Below, piece after piece: positions 37,792 through 49,964 of a DNA stretch of 64,000 nt. Position numbers and translations under genes: made by a program. This DNA is from the human T2T-CHM13v2.0 reference genome, Homo sapiens. Positions within the stretch are counted from its first letter, which is position 1, and each line of letters starts with the position of its first letter. Location: NCBI RefSeq assembly GCF_009914755.1, contig NC_060938.1, one strand, 5' to 3'. A model generated the notes under the pieces. It was not told where the DNA came from. It made no database searches and saw only the letters and a list, made by a program, of their open reading frames with translations.

Positions 37792-40281
37792 AAGGTTTGT
37801 GGCAACCCTGCATTGAGCAACTCTATCTGGGCCATTTTTCCAACAGCATGTGCTCACTTTGTGTCTCTGTGTCACATTTGGGCAATTCTCACAATATTTC
37901 AAGCTTTATTATTACTATTATATCTGTTACAGTGATCTGTGATTAATTATCTTTGATGTTATGATTGTAATTGTTTTAGTGGTGCCATAAACCATGTCCA
38001 TATAAGACAATGAAATTAATCAATACATAGTTTGTGTGTTCTAATGCTCCACCGGCTCACAGTTCTCCCATCCCTCTCTCTCTATCCTTGCACCTCCCTT
38101 CCCTACTCCCTGAGATACAAAAATATTGAAATCAGGCCAATTAATAACCCTACAATAGCTTCTAAGTGTTTAAGTGAAAAGCAGAGTCATTTACCTCTTA
38201 CTTAAAGTCAAAAGTTAGAAATGATTAAGCTTAGTGAGGAAAGCATGCCACAAGTTAAGATAGGCTGAAAGTTAGGTCTCTTGCACCAGTTAGCCAAATT
38301 ATGAATGCAAATGAAAAGTTCTTGAAGGAAATTAAAAGTGCTATTCCAGTGAACACATGAATGAATGATAAGAAAGCGAATTAGCTTATTAGTGGTCTAG
38401 ACAGAAAAATCAAACCAGCCATAACATTTCCTTAAGCCAAAGCCTAATCCAGAGCAAAGCCCTAACTTTCTTCAATTCTGTGAAGGCTGAGAGACATGAG
38501 AATACTCTAGAAGAAAGGCTGGAAACTAGCGTAGGTTGGTACATGAGGTTTAAGGAAAGAAGCCATCTCCAAAACATAAAAATGCAAGGTAAAGGAGCAA
38601 GTGCTGAGGTAGAAGCTGCAGCAAGTTACCCAGAAGATCTAGCTAAAATCATCAATGAAGGTGGTTACACTAAACAACAGATTTTCACCGTAGATGAAGC
38701 AGCCTTACATTGGAAGAAGATGCCATCTAAGACTTTCATTGTTAGAGAGGAGAAGACGATGCCTGGTTTCAAAACTTCGAAGAACTGGCTGATGCTTGTT
38801 AGAGTCCACTGCAGCTGGTGACTTTAAGTTAAAGCCAATCCTCATTTCTCATTCTAAAAACTCTACGGCCCTTAAGAATTATGCTAAATCTAATCCTTGA
38901 TAATTACCACTATGTCTTATTGAATGTCTTTCACTTCCTGGAACCTGGAGATACATGTGGTACACTGCAGATATTCAATAAATACTTTCATATTAATGAA
39001 TTAATAAAAAACTACTAATCTTTCTTACTAACAAGTGTCTTATTGCGATTCCAGTGGACCAAGAAGAATCTTTTCAGGGCCTGATGGCATTGGAATCAAT
39101 AATCAAACGGAACAACAAAGCCTGGATGACAGCACATATGTTTACAGCATGTTGTACTGTCTATTTTAAGCCCACAATTGAGACCTACTGCTTAGGAAAA
39201 AAAAAAAAAAAAAAAAAACTATTACTGCCATTGACAAGGCGCCTGGTCACAAAGTGCTCCAATGGAGATGTACAAGGAGGTGAATGAGCCATTGCCCCCA
39301 AGCCTGAATGTTGTTTTCATGCCTGCTAATGCAACGTCCATTCTGCAGCCCATGAATCAAGGAATAATTTTGACTTTCAAGTATTATTATTCAAGAAAGA
39401 CATTTTATAAGGCTATAGCTGCCATAGATAGTGATTCCCCTGATGGAATCAGAGCAAAGTAAATTGAAAACCTTTTGGAATGCATTCACCATTCTAGATA
39501 CCATTAGGAACATTCACGATTCATGGGAAGAGGTCAAAATATCAAAATAAACAGTCATTTGGAAAAAGTTGATTTCAAACTTCATGGCTGACTTTGAGGG
39601 GTTCAAGACTTCAGTGAGGGAAGTAACTGTAGATGTGGTGGAAAGGGCAAGAGAACTTGAATTAGAAGTGACTTGAACAGATGAGGAGATGCTTCTTAAG
39701 GGTGAGCAAAGCGAGCGGTTTCTTGAGATGGAATCTACTCATGGTGAAGGTGTTGTGAAAGTTGTTGATATGACAACAAAGAATTTAGAATATCATACAA
39801 ACTTAATCAACAATGCAGTGACAGGGTTTGAGGGAATCAACTCCAATTTGGAAAGAAGTTCTACCGTGGGTAAAATACTATCAAAGCAAATTGCACACTA
39901 CAGAGAAATCTTTTGTGAAAAGAAGAGTTCATCAGTGTGGGAAACTTCATTGTTGTCTTAAAAAATTGCTACTGCCACCCCAAACTTCAGTAACCACCAC
40001 CCTGATTAGTCAGCAGCCATCAACAGCAAGGCAAGACCCTCCATCACTAAATAAATATGCTATGACTCACTGAAGTCTCAGAAAATTGTTAGCATTTTTT
40101 CAGAAATACAGTTTTTTAAATGAAGGTATATATGTTGTGTTTGTAGACATAATGCTGTCATACACTTAAAAGACTATAGCATAGAGTAAACATAACTTTT
40201 ATATACACTGGGAAGCCAAAGCATTTGTGCAACTCACTTTACTGTGACAGTCACTTTATGTGGTCCAGAACCGAACCTGCA
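37792..40281 (+). mobile_element. Tigger1 DNA transposon, near full length, left TIR lost, transposase pseudogenised
   Basis: Broken pogo/CENP-B-like ORF ([52 protein letters not shown]); right TIR gaggtatgcctg followed by TA. Confidence 0.95.
38893..39104. other. Locally templated composite insertion inside Tigger1
   Basis: Direct copy of 35410-35566 joined to inverted copy of 35005-35052. Confidence 0.92.
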
Positions 40282-41199
40282 ATATCTCTGAGGTATGCCT
40301 GTATGTGAGTTTTGGGAAGACAAAAGCATTCAGTCCATGACACCACCCAATAACTGAGCCACTCCACTTCTAGGTATTTACTCAACAGAAACTTCCAAAA
40401 TTACTTGTCTTTCTTATTCGTAGCAGCCACAAACTATAAAGAGCCAGTTTTGAAAATGTCCATCCACAGAAGAACAGATAAATTATACTATATTCATACA
40501 ACGGATTATGACTCAGCAACAAAACTATTAACTACTGGCACACAACAAGATCATGAGTCCCCAGATCATTATACTGAGTGAAAGAATCAAGATATAAAAG
40601 AGTAGATACAGTATGAGTCCATTTAGGTGAAATTATCCATCAGCCAAAGGTAATCAGTGGCAAAAGAAATCACAACAGTGGTTGCAGGGCTGCAGGCGGT
40701 TGGCAGAATTTCACTGTGAAGGGAACATCATGGAGATTTCTGGGGTGACAAGAATATTCAAAATTTTAATAATGGTGTGACTTATACAGGTGTATCAATT
40801 TGTCACAGCACACAGCACTTTATACTTAAAATCTGTGCATTTTTCTGCATGTAATTATATACCAACTAAAAAAACTTGTTAATGCCTTATTTCTCAGTGT
40901 TATTAAAAGATTAAAAAGAGATTCTGCCTGTAAACTAGTTATGGTCAAGGTGTTTGATATTTAGCACATACCCAATGAATTAGATCTTTTACACACTACA
41001 ATGTTGATTAAACAAATATAAACAAAATACTGTAGACTATCTATGATAATGATCACTTTGAGCAAGGTTTTCCCCACCTAAACAGCATGATAAATTCAGA
41101 ACATAACTGTTCTAGAATTTAGACTCAGCTGGCAGGCCAGGCCTCATAAACAACCTCCCAGTGACCTCTGAATCCCAGGTGGGGACCAGGTGAGCAGCC

Positions 41200-41850
41200 T
41201 GTGGGACTGGTTTAATTCAATTGTCCGAGTTATTAACTCTGTTTCTGAAGGAATTTGTGCAATTCGAGCCCTGATGTAGCTCCATATTTTTTGTTTGTAC
41301 CTGATTGATAATGTGCATCTGACATTTCTTCATTTTGCAATATCTGAGAACCAGGGAGATTTTAATTAATCCTTTTCTGCCTTCATGTCTAAAAGCTAAA
41401 AGACATTTTAATGAGAAGGCAGCGGTGGCAGCAGCAGCAGCGGAGGCAGCAAAACAAAAAAAAATCAGTAATAAAATAAATAACCAAATAGAATTGGTGG
41501 GTCTCATAAACAGCCCCACAGATGGAAGCATTCAGCTCAATGAAATAAAAGATGAATTTATTTGGCTAATGTAAATAGAGAGAAAATGAGGCACTTGCAT
41601 GGAGCTCAAACCCACTATGAATAGATGAGTAATGTCAGGGTGTCAGACCTGCGGTCGTAAACTCCCCGGCGCCAACAATGGTCATGCCCGATTTAATGAA
41701 AAAACAAATGAAATGCTACATATTACTGTTTGCTTCTCCCGTCAAATGAGATGTCTGAATATTTTATTCAGTAAGGAGTGTTGTATATATGAAAGATAAT
41801 TAAATGCTGTATAAAGGAAGTGGGTTACATGGCGTTATGCTGGGGCGCCG
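41200..41850. promoter_or_regulatory. Candidate conserved developmental enhancer
   Basis: Repeat-free AT-rich block with TGATTGAT, TTAATTAA, CTCATAAA, GGTCGTAAA, paired TGTCA and AACAATGG motifs and retained CpGs. Confidence 0.5.
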
Positions 41851-42277
41851 TGAGTGTAGGATGGAGCTAGGGAAACCTGGCCTTCTCCAGTACCGTTATA
41901 ATTATGATGGGTGACATACAGCAAGAGCTTCCCACGTGCCTACCACTGTGCCAATTAAACCATCAAGGATGAGATTCAATTGCAGGCATGTGGTGAGTGC
42001 TAAGAGGCACATAAAAATAGACAGAGACTAGCACTCGGAGACATCGTAGTCTCAATGGAAAAGTAAGACAAGACAACGCTTTGTGCACTGCAGTTGCCCA
42101 AATGCATATTGAATGAATAAGTGACTGAATATAAAAAGTGATCAAATAAATACAAAAAGGCCCAAAATGAAATCATCATACTCTTATGTTCCCAGGGTCA
42201 CTCTCTGTACTTGGGACAAACTCACCACTTCTCTCTACTTGGGGAAGCAGTTTAGACAGAACAGAAAGAGGACACAC

Positions 42278-42496
42278 CTCCTCCACCTCAACACCATTGA
42301 CATTTTGGATAATTCTGTGTCATGGGGGACTGACCCGCACACTGTAGGGTGTCTAGCAGTATCCCTGGTCTCTACTCACTAGACACCAGCAGCAACCCCT
42401 CCCCAACCCTCTCCAACAATGTGACAAACAAAAATGTCTCCGAATATTGGCCAATATTTCCCGGGGGTGAAAGTTTCTCCCGGCTGAGGAACACTA
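42278..42496. mobile_element. MER20 (hAT-Charlie) DNA element
   Basis: accattgacattttgg...actgtagggtgtctagcagtatccctggtctctactcactaga...gtgacaaacaaaaatgtctcc. Confidence 0.85.
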
Positions 42497-42627
42497 AGTT
42501 AAATAGATTTAGAATTTAGTCCAGATCCTACCATTTTCTAGCATTTTGATGTTGGACAAGTCACTCTACTCTCTTTCAGCCTCATTTTCCTCATCCATAT
42601 GATGAACATAATTTTGTCCATATGAGT

Positions 42628-42978
42628 GTGGTAGATTAAGTGTTTGGCTCCAATTATCATCTCTCTCTGCACCCCTAACCCTTGACTTTCTCTGACCCCA
42701 AACCTTTGGTCATGTGATTTGCTTTTCCCAAGTCAAGTCAACAAGTTATCACATCTTGCTACTTCCACTGTCTCTCTTATGCGTCTGTCATCACCATGAC
42801 AAGAATAAGCCCCAACATGCATGCTTGTCTAAGAAGAATGAAAATAATGTGGAGAAGGCCCAGACCTACACAGCTGCAACCTGAAGAAGAGCTACCCAAG
42901 CCTACCTGCAGAGAAATGGGAATAATTGCTGTTTTACACAACTGAAAATCAGGATAACTTGTTATACAGCATTATTTT
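42628..42978 (+). mobile_element. Old MLT1 (G/H-like) LTR
   Basis: tgtggtagattaa...ttgttatacagcattattttgacaacagctgactgataca. Confidence 0.65.
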
Positions 42979-43787
42979 GACAACAGCTGACTGATACAAT
43001 GGGAATAACTCTATACAGATCCAGTCATATATCAGATGATCAACACATGTTAGCTGCCTTCTTCCCTCCCCACTTCTGCTTCTTTCAAATATCATTGTTC
43101 CTGGTTTCCTTCTGGCTGCAAGTATGGTCCAGTATTAACACAAGAACATTTCCTCCATCATTTGGAGATGATTAAAACAAAGAAAATAACAGCTACTAGA
43201 ACACTACAAATAAAAGCTAGACATTGATTTTCTACCTCCTATAAGGCAACTATAGCTTGGCATGCACTAATTTCTGAAAACAAGACTTAATTAACAATGT
43301 GTTGAAGCACTTAAACAGGTGCATGTTAGAAGAATGTTACTATATCTTTTTCATTCATTCAGTGTGTTCTATGTTTAGGGTCCCATTTGGAAACCTAGAG
43401 CAAATAAAATGTGCAGAATCAGTTCAGTCAAGGCAAAGGACTTAGTGAATAATTGCATCAATCCTGCAGGTGTCCAAATGGGAGCCTTCCTTTTCTCCTG
43501 GATTTCTGTAGAGCTCCATGGCTCTGTCTTTTCTAGAGTCCCAACACTGCAGGAAACTTCTGTTTCAGCACTGTCATGGCAGGATTTTTGCTAACTAAGC
43601 CCTCTAACCTTGTCTCTCCAACTGACAGTCTAGGACAGTTTTCCAACAGAAGAGGCTACAGGATGTGCATGAGACCTCATTCAGGCATAAATCATTTTTG
43701 GGACCTTGTATAGGTTGTTGTTTCTACCCTCAGGATATCATGGGTCCATGGGAAGGAAGCCCCAAAAATTATAACACAGCATAAAAA

Positions 43788-44246
43788 TGTATTAAAGATG
43801 TCCACATTCTAATCCCTGGAACCTGTGAATGTGGTACTTTCTGTAGCAAAATGGACTTCACAGATGTCATCAAATTAAAGATCCTGAGATGAAGGGATTA
43901 TCTTGTATTATCTGGGTGGGCCCAGTATAATCACAAAGGTTATTTCCCTTATAAGAGAGATACAGGAAAGGGTCAGAGTCAGAGAAGGAGACATGAAAAC
44001 AGAGACAGAGATTGTAGGGATGCAGCCACAAGCCGAGGATCACAGGCATCCCCTAAAAGCTGGAAAAGGCAAGGAACAGATTCTCCTTTAGAGCTTCTGG
44101 AAGGAATACAGCCCCCCCGACCCCTTGATTTTAGCCCACAAGGCGTATTTTAAACTTCTGACCTTCAGAACCAAGGATAAATTTGTGTTGCTTTAAATCA
44201 CAATGTTGGTGGTAATTGGTTACAGCACTCACAGGAAACTAATTCA
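43788..44246 (+). mobile_element. MLT1D-like LTR
   Basis: aaagatgtccacattctaatccctggaacctgtgaatg...attatctgggtgggccc...aaaggcaaggaacagattctcc...ggaaactaat. Confidence 0.82.
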
Positions 44247-45413
44247 GAGGGAAAGTACATGGTGAGATCCTGACCTATTCTGGAGGGATCAAGGACTTCT
44301 CGGAGCAGATGTCGAGAAAGCTGGAGAACAGGAAAGACTGAGCCAAGGAAGAGATAGGAAAAAGGGTGTTTCTTGCAGTGGGATTGGTATGGATGGAAGC
44401 CTGAAGAAGGAAAAAAATAATTTTTAAAACCCGATTTGTTATGACTGCTCAGAATTTGGCACATGGAGGGTGCTCAGTGTTTACTGAATTACTTTACTTA
44501 AACATGCATACACACATATAAGTCATACATGTCAGAATGCACACAGGACAGAGCAATGCTAAATGCAAGTGAAGAAGCCAGGAAAGTCCTAATGGGGAAT
44601 TAATATTGTTAATATTGGAACTGAACCTTGGAGAATGAGGAGGGACTTAAGGAGCTGGACCTTTATCCCACAGGCATTGGGTCGATTTGAAAGGTTTTTT
44701 CAAAGGTGTGACCATGTTAAGAGGTATATCAGGAGCCATCACTATGGCATGAAGATTAGATGGAGGCAGTACCCAAGGCAGGTGACCAGCTAAGTGGCTA
44801 CTGTAATAATCTAGGTAAGAAAGGCAAAACTTTTTGTTCCCACCAAGGACAGATATGCATCTATGCTATTGTACATTCACCAGTTCCTATATTCAAGAGT
44901 GTGGCTTGTTATGCGGTGGCCTCTGTGCCATGGGCTCTTTCCAACTGCCACCCCTCCACACCCTCACACCTTGTATTCCATGCCTTGGGGAGCTGAGAAG
45001 GCACTCTTTTTGCCAAAAATAATTTTACAGACTCAATGAATTAGCTATCTTGCTATATTATAAATCTGTTTCCCTTTCTGTCTACCCAACTATGTTTTAT
45101 CCATCTTGATAACCAGAATCCTAACATTCTTAAATAACAACTGTAATAGCTACCATTCATTGAACACTTTCTATTTGCCAGGCACTGAACTAGACTGTAA
45201 GCTGCAAGTGAGCAAGAGCTGTTTCTACGTTGTTACATATTTAATCCCTGGTCCTTGGCACGGTGCTGCATCAGTCAACTATATGTGTTAGTGGGGACAG
45301 GCCAGACTATACTTTGGTTACAAATGAATCCCCAAATCTCATTGGTTTAATCCAACTAAGGTTACCCTCTCACTCATGTTACATGTCTAACACAAATTTG
45401 GAGGTGTTATAGG

Positions 45414-45838
45414 TGTTATGGGCTGAACTGTGGCTCACAAAAAAGAAATGCCAAAGTCCTAATCCCCATATCTGTGAATATGACCTTATTTAGAAATAAG
45501 GTCTTTGCAGATGTAATCAGGTGAAGATGAGATCATTAGGGTGGACCCTAATCTAATATGGTGGGTATATTTATAAAAGGAGAAGCATGCTATGTGATGA
45601 CCAAGGCAGAGATTTGAGCAATGCACCTACAAGTCCAGGAACACAAAGGATGAAGGCACACATCAGAAGCTAGGAATAGGCAAGGAAGGATTCTACCTAA
45701 AGTCTCAGAGGGAGCATGGCCCTGTTGACATCTTGACTTCAGACTTCCAGCTTCTGGAACTGTCAGAGAAGAAATTTCTTTTGTTTAAAGCCACCTAGTT
45801 TGTGGCACTTTATTATGGCTGTCCTATGAAAACTAACA
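45414..45838 (+). mobile_element. MLT1B/C LTR nested in an older MLT1 element (~45290-46105)
   Basis: tgttatgggctgaactgtg...gtgaatatgaccttatttagaaataaggtctttgcagatgtaatc...aaactaaca. Confidence 0.82.
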
Positions 45839-48684
45839 TAGCAGAAGAAGCTAATACAGCTTAGCTCCACACGGTGACTCAGGGACCCAGGCTGACTAAG
45901 ACTCATCCTTACTGCAACCATATCATCTGGAACAGGTGACCCTCCAGGCCCCTGTTGATAGGGACTAAGAGATAGAGAGGGCTCGCTTCTTCTCACATTC
46001 CCAATTGTCAGAACTCAGGCGCATGTCCCCAACCCAACTATAAGGAAGACTGTGAAATGTAAGAAGACACATAGAAACTGGAAGAACACTGATGGTCTCT
46101 GCCATGGTGTTAAGTAAATATTTGTAGAATAATTAAATATATCTCCATTCCATTTAGACCTCCCAATGACCCTAATGTGATTGGACTCTGTTACCTTCCC
46201 TATGTCAGGACAGAAGAAACTAAGGCACAGAGACATTAAGTGACTTCTCCACTGTAACACAGCAAATGGGGGCAAGGCCAGAATTCAAATCCAGGAGAAT
46301 CAGCTCTGAAGTCTGTGTTCTGACCTCTCAGTAAACGAGTCCTGACGGAATGAAAATGGAGTCCTTCACAGCAGGTAACCTTGTACTACACCACTTAAAG
46401 GTGTTCCCAAGGCTAATGGCTTAACTGTTTCAAAGTGTAGAGAGTTTCCCTCCAATTAAGATGCACCTTGTGCATAAATGCCCCCTCTCTATACTCAAGA
46501 GATGGTCTTCTCACCACCACCTGAATTTAAAGCAGGCCATTTGGCACACCTCCATTTTATTGCCATTAACTGAGTCATTTTGCAGGGGAAAAATCTCTAG
46601 CCTTCAAGAATAGCTATATTTCTGACTGGAAGGTGATGAGACCTTCAGGTCACAGCTTGCACTTCAGCCTCATCCTGGATCTCGAGAAAGTACATGTCAT
46701 GTTTGATGCTGCTCACTTGGCGAGATATTTTAATTCAAATTGTGCCAGCTGAGTTGGACATCTCCTGGTCAGAGAAGACCTGTCACCGAAATCTGGCAGA
46801 GTTGCTGCATTGCCAGCTCTTTTTGACTTGACGAAAGAACGCTGGTCTGGCGGAGGCTGCAGAAACCAGGTTTGCAACCTAATGCTGATTTTGCCCAGAA
46901 GTAATTAGTTCATTAACTGTGAGCACACAAGCTCATTAAAGGGGGAGGTGGATGATGCAAATCAGTGGTGTGTGTAAGTCCATCAAAAATTAGAAGAACT
47001 GGAAAAGGTCTGGCTCAAACCTGCTCAACACCTTCATTAACCAAAGAGGCTTCTGAAAGTCCAGGAGTCCCTAGAGGTCAGCAGATCTGAAGGCACTGTC
47101 TATGCTAGATGGCAGGAAGGTGGGTGGCTGGAGAGGATGGAGGAATCTATTATTGATGGAGTGCTTTCCTGGGGGCAGACCTCACAGTCCTACTCACAGT
47201 ATCTAGCGTAATGCTCATAGGCATGACCTCCGTGTATTTTACGTATAAGAAGAGAGGCTTAGAGGTGTTTATGATTTGCCAGACATCTCAGTCAGTCAAT
47301 GGCAGAGTGGAATCAGGCCTGTGCCTTTTATGAACCATGAAACCAATGCTTTTTCTACCACACCAATAAATTAACGAGCCCAACTTGCGGATTCACCATC
47401 ACATGATCAGCTCTGGTCTTTTAATCATCTAATCTCAGCACACATTTGGAAGCATTCCTGGTTAGTGCTATATTGAGCTGAAGTTTGCAAATGTTTATTT
47501 ACAGGGGATTAATTAACTTTGCTATTTGCAAGTACTGAACTAAGGGAAAATTGGCTTTCTCTCAGAGTAGGTACGGTGACATTCCAAAGGCCCTCATCCT
47601 CATGCTCAAAATGTCAAAATCCTTCTAGGCCAAACCCTGAAGAAAATATGGCACATGTTATGACACACAAAGAGGATAGCCTGGGAGGCTCAGAGTACTT
47701 GGGCTGGCACTGTGGTTTCAAGTCCCTGCCTGTCACTGAAGGGCCACAGATCCTTGGGCAAAACCCATTACTTCTCCAGGCTCCAGTTCTCTCCGCCTGA
47801 AAATAAGAAACAAAACAGAGTGTCTGAAGTCCTGTCTGGCTCTGGGAGTCTCTGAAAAAAGTCAGGGAGGCTGACTTGATTCATTATCCACAGCATGAGC
47901 ACAGGGTGGGGAGAGGGCTCTTGGTGGAAGATGAAAGATTATGTCAAGGGGTCAGAAAAAGGGGCCTCAGAATTCCTGGCCTCTGGTCCATGCACACCCA
48001 CATCAGAGGAGAGACCCTAAGAGAAACGGAAAGTAGAGTTGCCCAGCAAGGAGGCATAGTGGTACCTGCAGTTTCATTCTAGGATGGCATGAGGGTGGTA
48101 GGTGAGGCTACATGGAAAGAAAGTCTCCATCTTCCATGAGAATGGAAGTTCTCCCAGTGCCTAAGAGGCCTGGAGTATCCAGGGAAGAGTTTGGATGATG
48201 CAAGGGACAGAAAGAAAACTCTGAGAAAGGGACAGATAGGATTCTGGTGCCAAGTGCAATCAAGCAATGAACTTGCCAGCCTGCAGCACACATGGAATGG
48301 AACATTCATTCTTTCTTTCAGCCACTCATCCATCCGTCCATTTATCCATTCATTCACCCATTCTTTCATTCATTTATTCAACACCTGCTCACATATAAGT
48401 CTGTGCTAGGCCCAGGAGATGCAATGCTGAGTGACAATAAACAGCCCCTCCATCATAGGAAGTCCAGTGTAGTAGGGCAGAGTCTGTTATTTAGGGAGCA
48501 TTGTCCACAAAAGACAAATCCAAGGGCTGAGCACAAGGCCAGTGGAGAATGGAGTGAGACTTTCAACATCAAGGAAAATAAAATTCTAATCTCCTCCCTC
48601 CACCCTCTGACTGGAGGCATATTAAAATGCCTATGGACTTCGAGAGTTGAAAACCTTAGGCTTGCTTTCTCCCCTTTTTGGCAA

Positions 48685-49964
48685 ATAGGTTGGTACAAAA
48701 GTAATTGCGGTTTCAGGTGGGGAATTTTAAATCATTATAACTAGGCTCAAACACATCTTTATTAATCAGAATAGGCACCATTACAATCAACACATTTTTG
48801 CCAACGAGAAATAAGTTTGTTTATTCCTGTAGTGTCAAAATCCTTGCTTCAGGATTTAACAAACTGTGGGAAAGCATTTTCTGCATCCTGCTGGTTGTGG
48901 AAGCATTTTCCCTGCAAAAAGTTGTCAAGATGCTTAAAGAAGTGGTAGTCGGTTGGCTAGAGGTCAGGTGAATATAGCGAATGAGACAAAACTTCCGTAG
49001 CCCAATTCATTCAACCTTTGAAGCATTGGTTATGGAATATGCAGTCAGGCCATGTTGAGGAGAAGAATTGGGCCCTTTCTGTTGACCAATACTGGCTTCA
49101 GGCTTTGCAGTTTTTGGTGCATCTCATCAATTTGCTGAGCATACTTCTCAGATGTAATGGTTTCACCAGGATTCAGAAAGCTGTAGTGGATCAGGCCAGC
49201 AGCAGACCACCAGTGACCACGACCTTTTTTTGGTGCAAGTTTGGCTTTGGGAAGTGCTTTGGAGCTTCTTCTCCCACCAACCATTGAGCTAGTCATAGCC
49301 AGTTGTCGCATAAAATCCACTTTTCCTCTCACATCACAATCCGATTGAGAAATGGTTTGTTGTTGCATAGAATAAGAGAAGACAACGCTTCAAAACGACT
49401 ATTTTTTTTTATTTTCCCTCAGTTCATGAAGCATCCACTTTTGGAGCTTTTTCACCTTTTCAATTTGCTTCAAATGCTAAATGACTGTAGAATGGTCAAC
49501 GTTGAGTTCTTCGGCAACTTCCTGTGTAGTTGTAAGAGGATCAGTGTCGATGATTGCTCTCAATTGGTCGTTGTCAACTTCTGATGGCCAGTTACTATGC
49601 TCCTCATCTTCAAGGCTCTCTTCTCCTTTGCAAAACTTCTGGCACCACCAATGCAGTATACGTTTGTTAGCAGCTCCTGGGCCACATGCATTGTTGATGT
49701 TGCGAGTTGTCTCCACTACTTTACAACCCAATTTCAACTCGAATAAGGAAATCACTCGAATTTGCTTTTTGTCCAATATCATTTCCATAGTCCCTAAAAT
49801 AAATATAAAATAAACAGCAAGTAATAAGTCATTAGCAAAAAAAATGTGAGAAATGCCTATTAAAATTATGTATAACATAACCACATTTATTTAAGAATGT
49901 ATTCCAATATCAAATGGCAAAATTCAACAATGCAAAAACTGCAATTACTTTTGCACCAACTTAG
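48685..49964 (-). mobile_element. Hsmar1 mariner transposon, near full length, transposase pseudogenised
   Basis: TIRs taggttggtacaaaagtaattgcgg / ctgcaattacttttgcaccaac; ORF remnants MEMILDKKQIRVISLFELKLG...EVAEELNVDHSTV and WWSAAGLIHYSFLNPGETITSEKYAQQIDEMH. Confidence 0.96.

Larger units (their letters stand above)
37478..40342 (-). mobile_element. MST/MLT1A-type solo LTR split by Tigger1 (LTR parts 37478-37783 and 40284-40342)
   Basis: TG...CA ends (tgtcatgg/ccatgaca) with perfect 5-bp TSD CCACC at 37473-77 and 40343-47. Confidence 0.88.

Noticed and set aside
38480-39961. TIGD1-like gene call
   Set aside because: Fragmented Tigger1 transposase with stops, frameshifts and insertions.
41217-41574. 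Poly-Ala ORFs on both strands
   Set aside because: By-product of a short GCA repeat in non-coding sequence.
49045-49884. SETMAR gene call
   Set aside because: No SET-domain exons, both TIRs present and ORF disrupted: an ordinary Hsmar1 copy.
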